A stretch of 64,000 nucleotides of DNA from Candidatus Hydrogenedentota bacterium (GTDB lineage Bacteria > Hydrogenedentota > Hydrogenedentia > Hydrogenedentales > SLHB01): assembly GCA_963745075.1 (NCBI GenBank), contig CAVUWV010000001.1, positions 64,001 to 128,000 of the forward strand, written 5' to 3'. The number at the start of each line of letters is the position of its first letter. Position 1 is the stretch's first letter. Positions 61,513 to 64,000 of the stretch are shown here, piece after piece. Made by a program: the position numbers and the translations under genes. The notes beneath the pieces were generated by a model that searched no databases, was not told where the DNA came from, and saw only the letters and a program-made list of their open reading frames with translations.

Positions 61513-62715
61513 GTGGCGAAACAACCCCTGACCGGCGGTCCCGAAGTGCTGTTTGTACTTCTATTCGTGGGGCTTGGGTTCTGTTGGGCGCGACCGGCCG
61601 GCGCATGGGACGGATTCGACTGGAACACCTGGCGCGACATTACCAAGGTTTCGAAACCATCGGTGACCAGCCCCCAGGCAGGATTACCCGAATTACTGCC
61701 GCTCCTCGTGAGCGAAGGTCCTGATTCACCAACCATCGACTCCGTGCCGGCCTGGGAGTTAAAACGAAAGCGAATCATTGAGGTGCTTGAAGCGTTTCTC
61801 GGCAGCCCCGGAGACTTGACGGCGCCTCCGCCGACCGCCGAGGTTTTGGGTGAGGAAGACATGGGTACCTACACCCGCCGTCACATCCGTATCGCGAGCG
61901 AGCCGGACGATTGGATTCCCGCCTACCTGTTGATACCCAAGACGCTGCAAGAGAATCCAAACCCGGCGATGATCGTCCTTCACCAGACCCAGGCGCCCGG
62001 TAAGCGGGAAGCCTGTGGCATGACCGGCGATCCGAATATGGCCTTCGCGAAGGAGCTGGTCGAGCGCGGGTATATCTGCATCGCGCCCGACGCCATTGGT
62101 TTTGGCGAACGTATTCCGGAGGGGGAACAGCCGTACTACGGCGCCCACGAATTCTATCGCAAACACCCGGACTGGTCGTTTTTCGGTAAGATGATTTGGG
62201 ACGTGCAACGCATTGTTGATTACCTCGATACCATCCCCGAGGTCGATTCCACGCGCATCGGCTGCATGGGCCATTCCCACGGCGCCTACGGCACGATCGT
62301 GTGCACACTGTTCGAACCGCGCATTGCGGCAGCCGTCGCCAGTTGCGGGTACAACACGCTCCGCACCGATCCCGACCCGAACCGCTGGAGCCATCTCACC
62401 GCGCTGCTGCCGCGACTCGGCTTCTACGTCGACGACATCAAAACGGCGCCTTTCGATTGGCACGAGATCGTGGCCTGCATCGCGCCGCGCGCGTATTTCA
62501 ATTACGCCACCTTGAACGACCAGATTTTCCCAAATACTGAAAACCTGTCGACGGTCTACGTCCAACTCGGCGACGTCTATGAACTATACGGCGCCCGGGA
62601 TCGGTTCAACGGAGTGTTGGTGACCGGCGTCCACTCGATTCCCCCGGATTCGCGGCAGATGGCGTATCATTGGCTGGACAAGCAACTTGATTTTCATCCC
62701 GCGCATGAAGACTGA
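61513..62715 (+). CDS. secreted alpha/beta hydrolase (dienelactone hydrolase/acetylesterase-like)
   Basis: PAYLLIP, VLHQ, ICIAPD, GHSHG nucleophile elbow, IAPRA; start uncertain (61402-61546). Confidence 0.8.
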   Translation: MAKQPLTGGPEVLFVLLFVGLGFCWARPAGAWDGFDWNTWRDITKVSKPSVTSPQAGLPELLPLLVSEGPDSPTIDSVPAWELKRKRIIEVLEAFLGSPGDLTAPPPTAEVLGEEDMGTYTRRHIRIASEPDDWIPAYLLIPKTLQENPNPAMIVLHQTQAPGKREACGMTGDPNMAFAKELVERGYICIAPDAIGFGERIPEGEQPYYGAHEFYRKHPDWSFFGKMIWDVQRIVDYLDTIPEVDSTRIGCMGHSHGAYGTIVCTLFEPRIAAAVASCGYNTLRTDPDPNRWSHLTALLPRLGFYVDDIKTAPFDWHEIVACIAPRAYFNYATLNDQIFPNTENLSTVYVQLGDVYELYGARDRFNGVLVTGVHSIPPDSRQMAYHWLDKQLDFHPAHED

Positions 62716-62724
62716 GGAGGTACC

Positions 62725-64000
62725 ATGGCGAAGATTTCCCGGCGTCAATTTGTGGCCGATACAGCGGCGCTCACCCTTGCCGCTTCGGCGAATCCGTCCC
62801 TCGCGGCGGCGGGTGAATCCGTGAAGCCAGGAAAGCACATCGAAGGGACCGAACGTCCTGTTTATTCTGGCCGATCAGCATCGCATGGATTGCCTCGGCG
62901 CGTACGGAAACAACCAGGTACGCACGCCGCATATCGACGCCTTCGCCGCGGAGGGCACGCGCTACACCAACAGTTTCTGCGCCTATCCCGTGTGCACGCC
63001 GTCCCGCTACTCCATCTTTTCCGGGCGCTACGTGCACGAACATCGCGGCTGGACCAACCATTGCACCCTGCCGCCGGGTATGGCGACCTGGCCGGAACTC
63101 CTGCAGGACGCCGGATACCGCACCGCATGTGCGGGCAAGATGCACTTTGCGCCCACCTACCTTGACGTTGGATTCGCCGAGATGTATCTGTCCGAGCAGA
63201 ACGGCCCCGGGCGGTGGGACGACGATTATCACCGCATACTGAGGGACCGCGACCTCATCGACGCCAACGATCTCGAAGATCAGGAACGGGAGTTTCGTGA
63301 CCAGGCGCGGAGGATCTATTGGGATAACTTCGGTGCGCTGGCCTCGAATCTGCCGGAGAAGGAGCACTCGACGACTTACACCGGCGACCGAGGCGTGGAG
63401 GCGCTGGAGCAATGGACCGGCAGCGGCAACCTGTTTGTCGCGAGCTTCATCAAGCCCCACCATCCCTTCGATCCGCCGAAGGTGTGGGCCGACCGCTATA
63501 ACCCCGATGAACTCGATATCCTGCCCGGCTGGATCGACGCCTGCATGGATCACGATCTCGAATTGAACCCGGGGTATTTCCACCACGATACGCTTTCGCC
63601 GCCGGCCTTGCAGCAGGTTATGGCCCACTACTACGCCGCCATCGAGCATATCGATCATCAGGTGGGCCGCATGGTCGAGGTGCTCAAACGCAAAGGCCTG
63701 TACGACGACACGCTCATCATCTACACGAGCGACCATGGCGAATACATGGGGTATCACCACTTGCTGCTGAAAGGCGGCTACATGTACGACGCCCTGTCCA
63801 AGGTTCCGTTGATCGTGCGTCGTCCCGGTCCGTCAAACGGCGGCGGCGTCTCCGAGCGCCTCGTGTCGAACGTGGATCTCGCGCCGACGATTCTGGCGCA
63901 GTGCGGACTCGCTCCCGCGGAAGGGATGAGCGGACTCGATTTGAACGCGGACGCCACACGCGACGTGGTGTGCTCCGAAAGCCACGGCGGTGCGCAAGTC
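62725..64000 (+). CDS. sulfatase (Tat signal), apparent frameshift at ~62830, runs off the window end
   Basis: SRRQFV Tat motif in one frame; PNVLFILADQHR, TPHID, CTPSR, GKMH, KPHHPF, TSDHG in the next frame. Confidence 0.85.

Overview
Bacterial, GC-rich window. The lineage is probably PVC-like or Candidatus Hydrogenedentes, inferred from GCP lipoproteins, the ECF-kinase-WD40 module and many Tat-exported Gfo/Idh/MocA enzymes; this was not tested. The window has two parts. (1) About 1-20.5 kb is an eroded accessory region at a tRNA-fMet integration hotspot. Two identical 42-bp tRNA-fMet 3' halves (14341-14382, 19643-19684) each have a pair of 12-bp-spaced direct repeats exactly 141 bp upstream. 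A third repeat pair and an integrase-like N-terminal stub follow the second copy, which suggests three tandem integrations. Cargo includes an ECF sigma factor, a frameshifted Ser/Thr kinase-WD40 gene, surface and lipoprotein genes (repeat lipoprotein, two FGE-fold paralogs, a 1201-aa SBBP/DUF11/CHRD protein), a truncated PglW-like NERD-kinase behind an RHH regulator, an Rhs fragment, and IS630, IS3/IS481-like and IS200 relics. A shared 30-bp promoter-like motif precedes the kinase and the repeat lipoprotein. (2) About 20.5-64 kb looks like core metabolic DNA rich in carbohydrate-active genes: PL10-like lyase, GH36, two heparinase II/III-like proteins, a beta-helix protein, FAH, three Gfo/Idh/MocA enzymes, an SSS transporter, a class III aminotransferase, an esterase and a sulfatase. 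It also holds a two-domain fatty acyl-CoA reductase, a Wzx flippase pair, thiF, REP/MITE-like repeats and a 2121-aa secreted protein with a porin-like sequence inside a Gly-rich linker. No intact tRNA, rRNA, CRISPR array, reverse transcriptase or intact integrase was found. All family calls come from motif recognition, not database searches.
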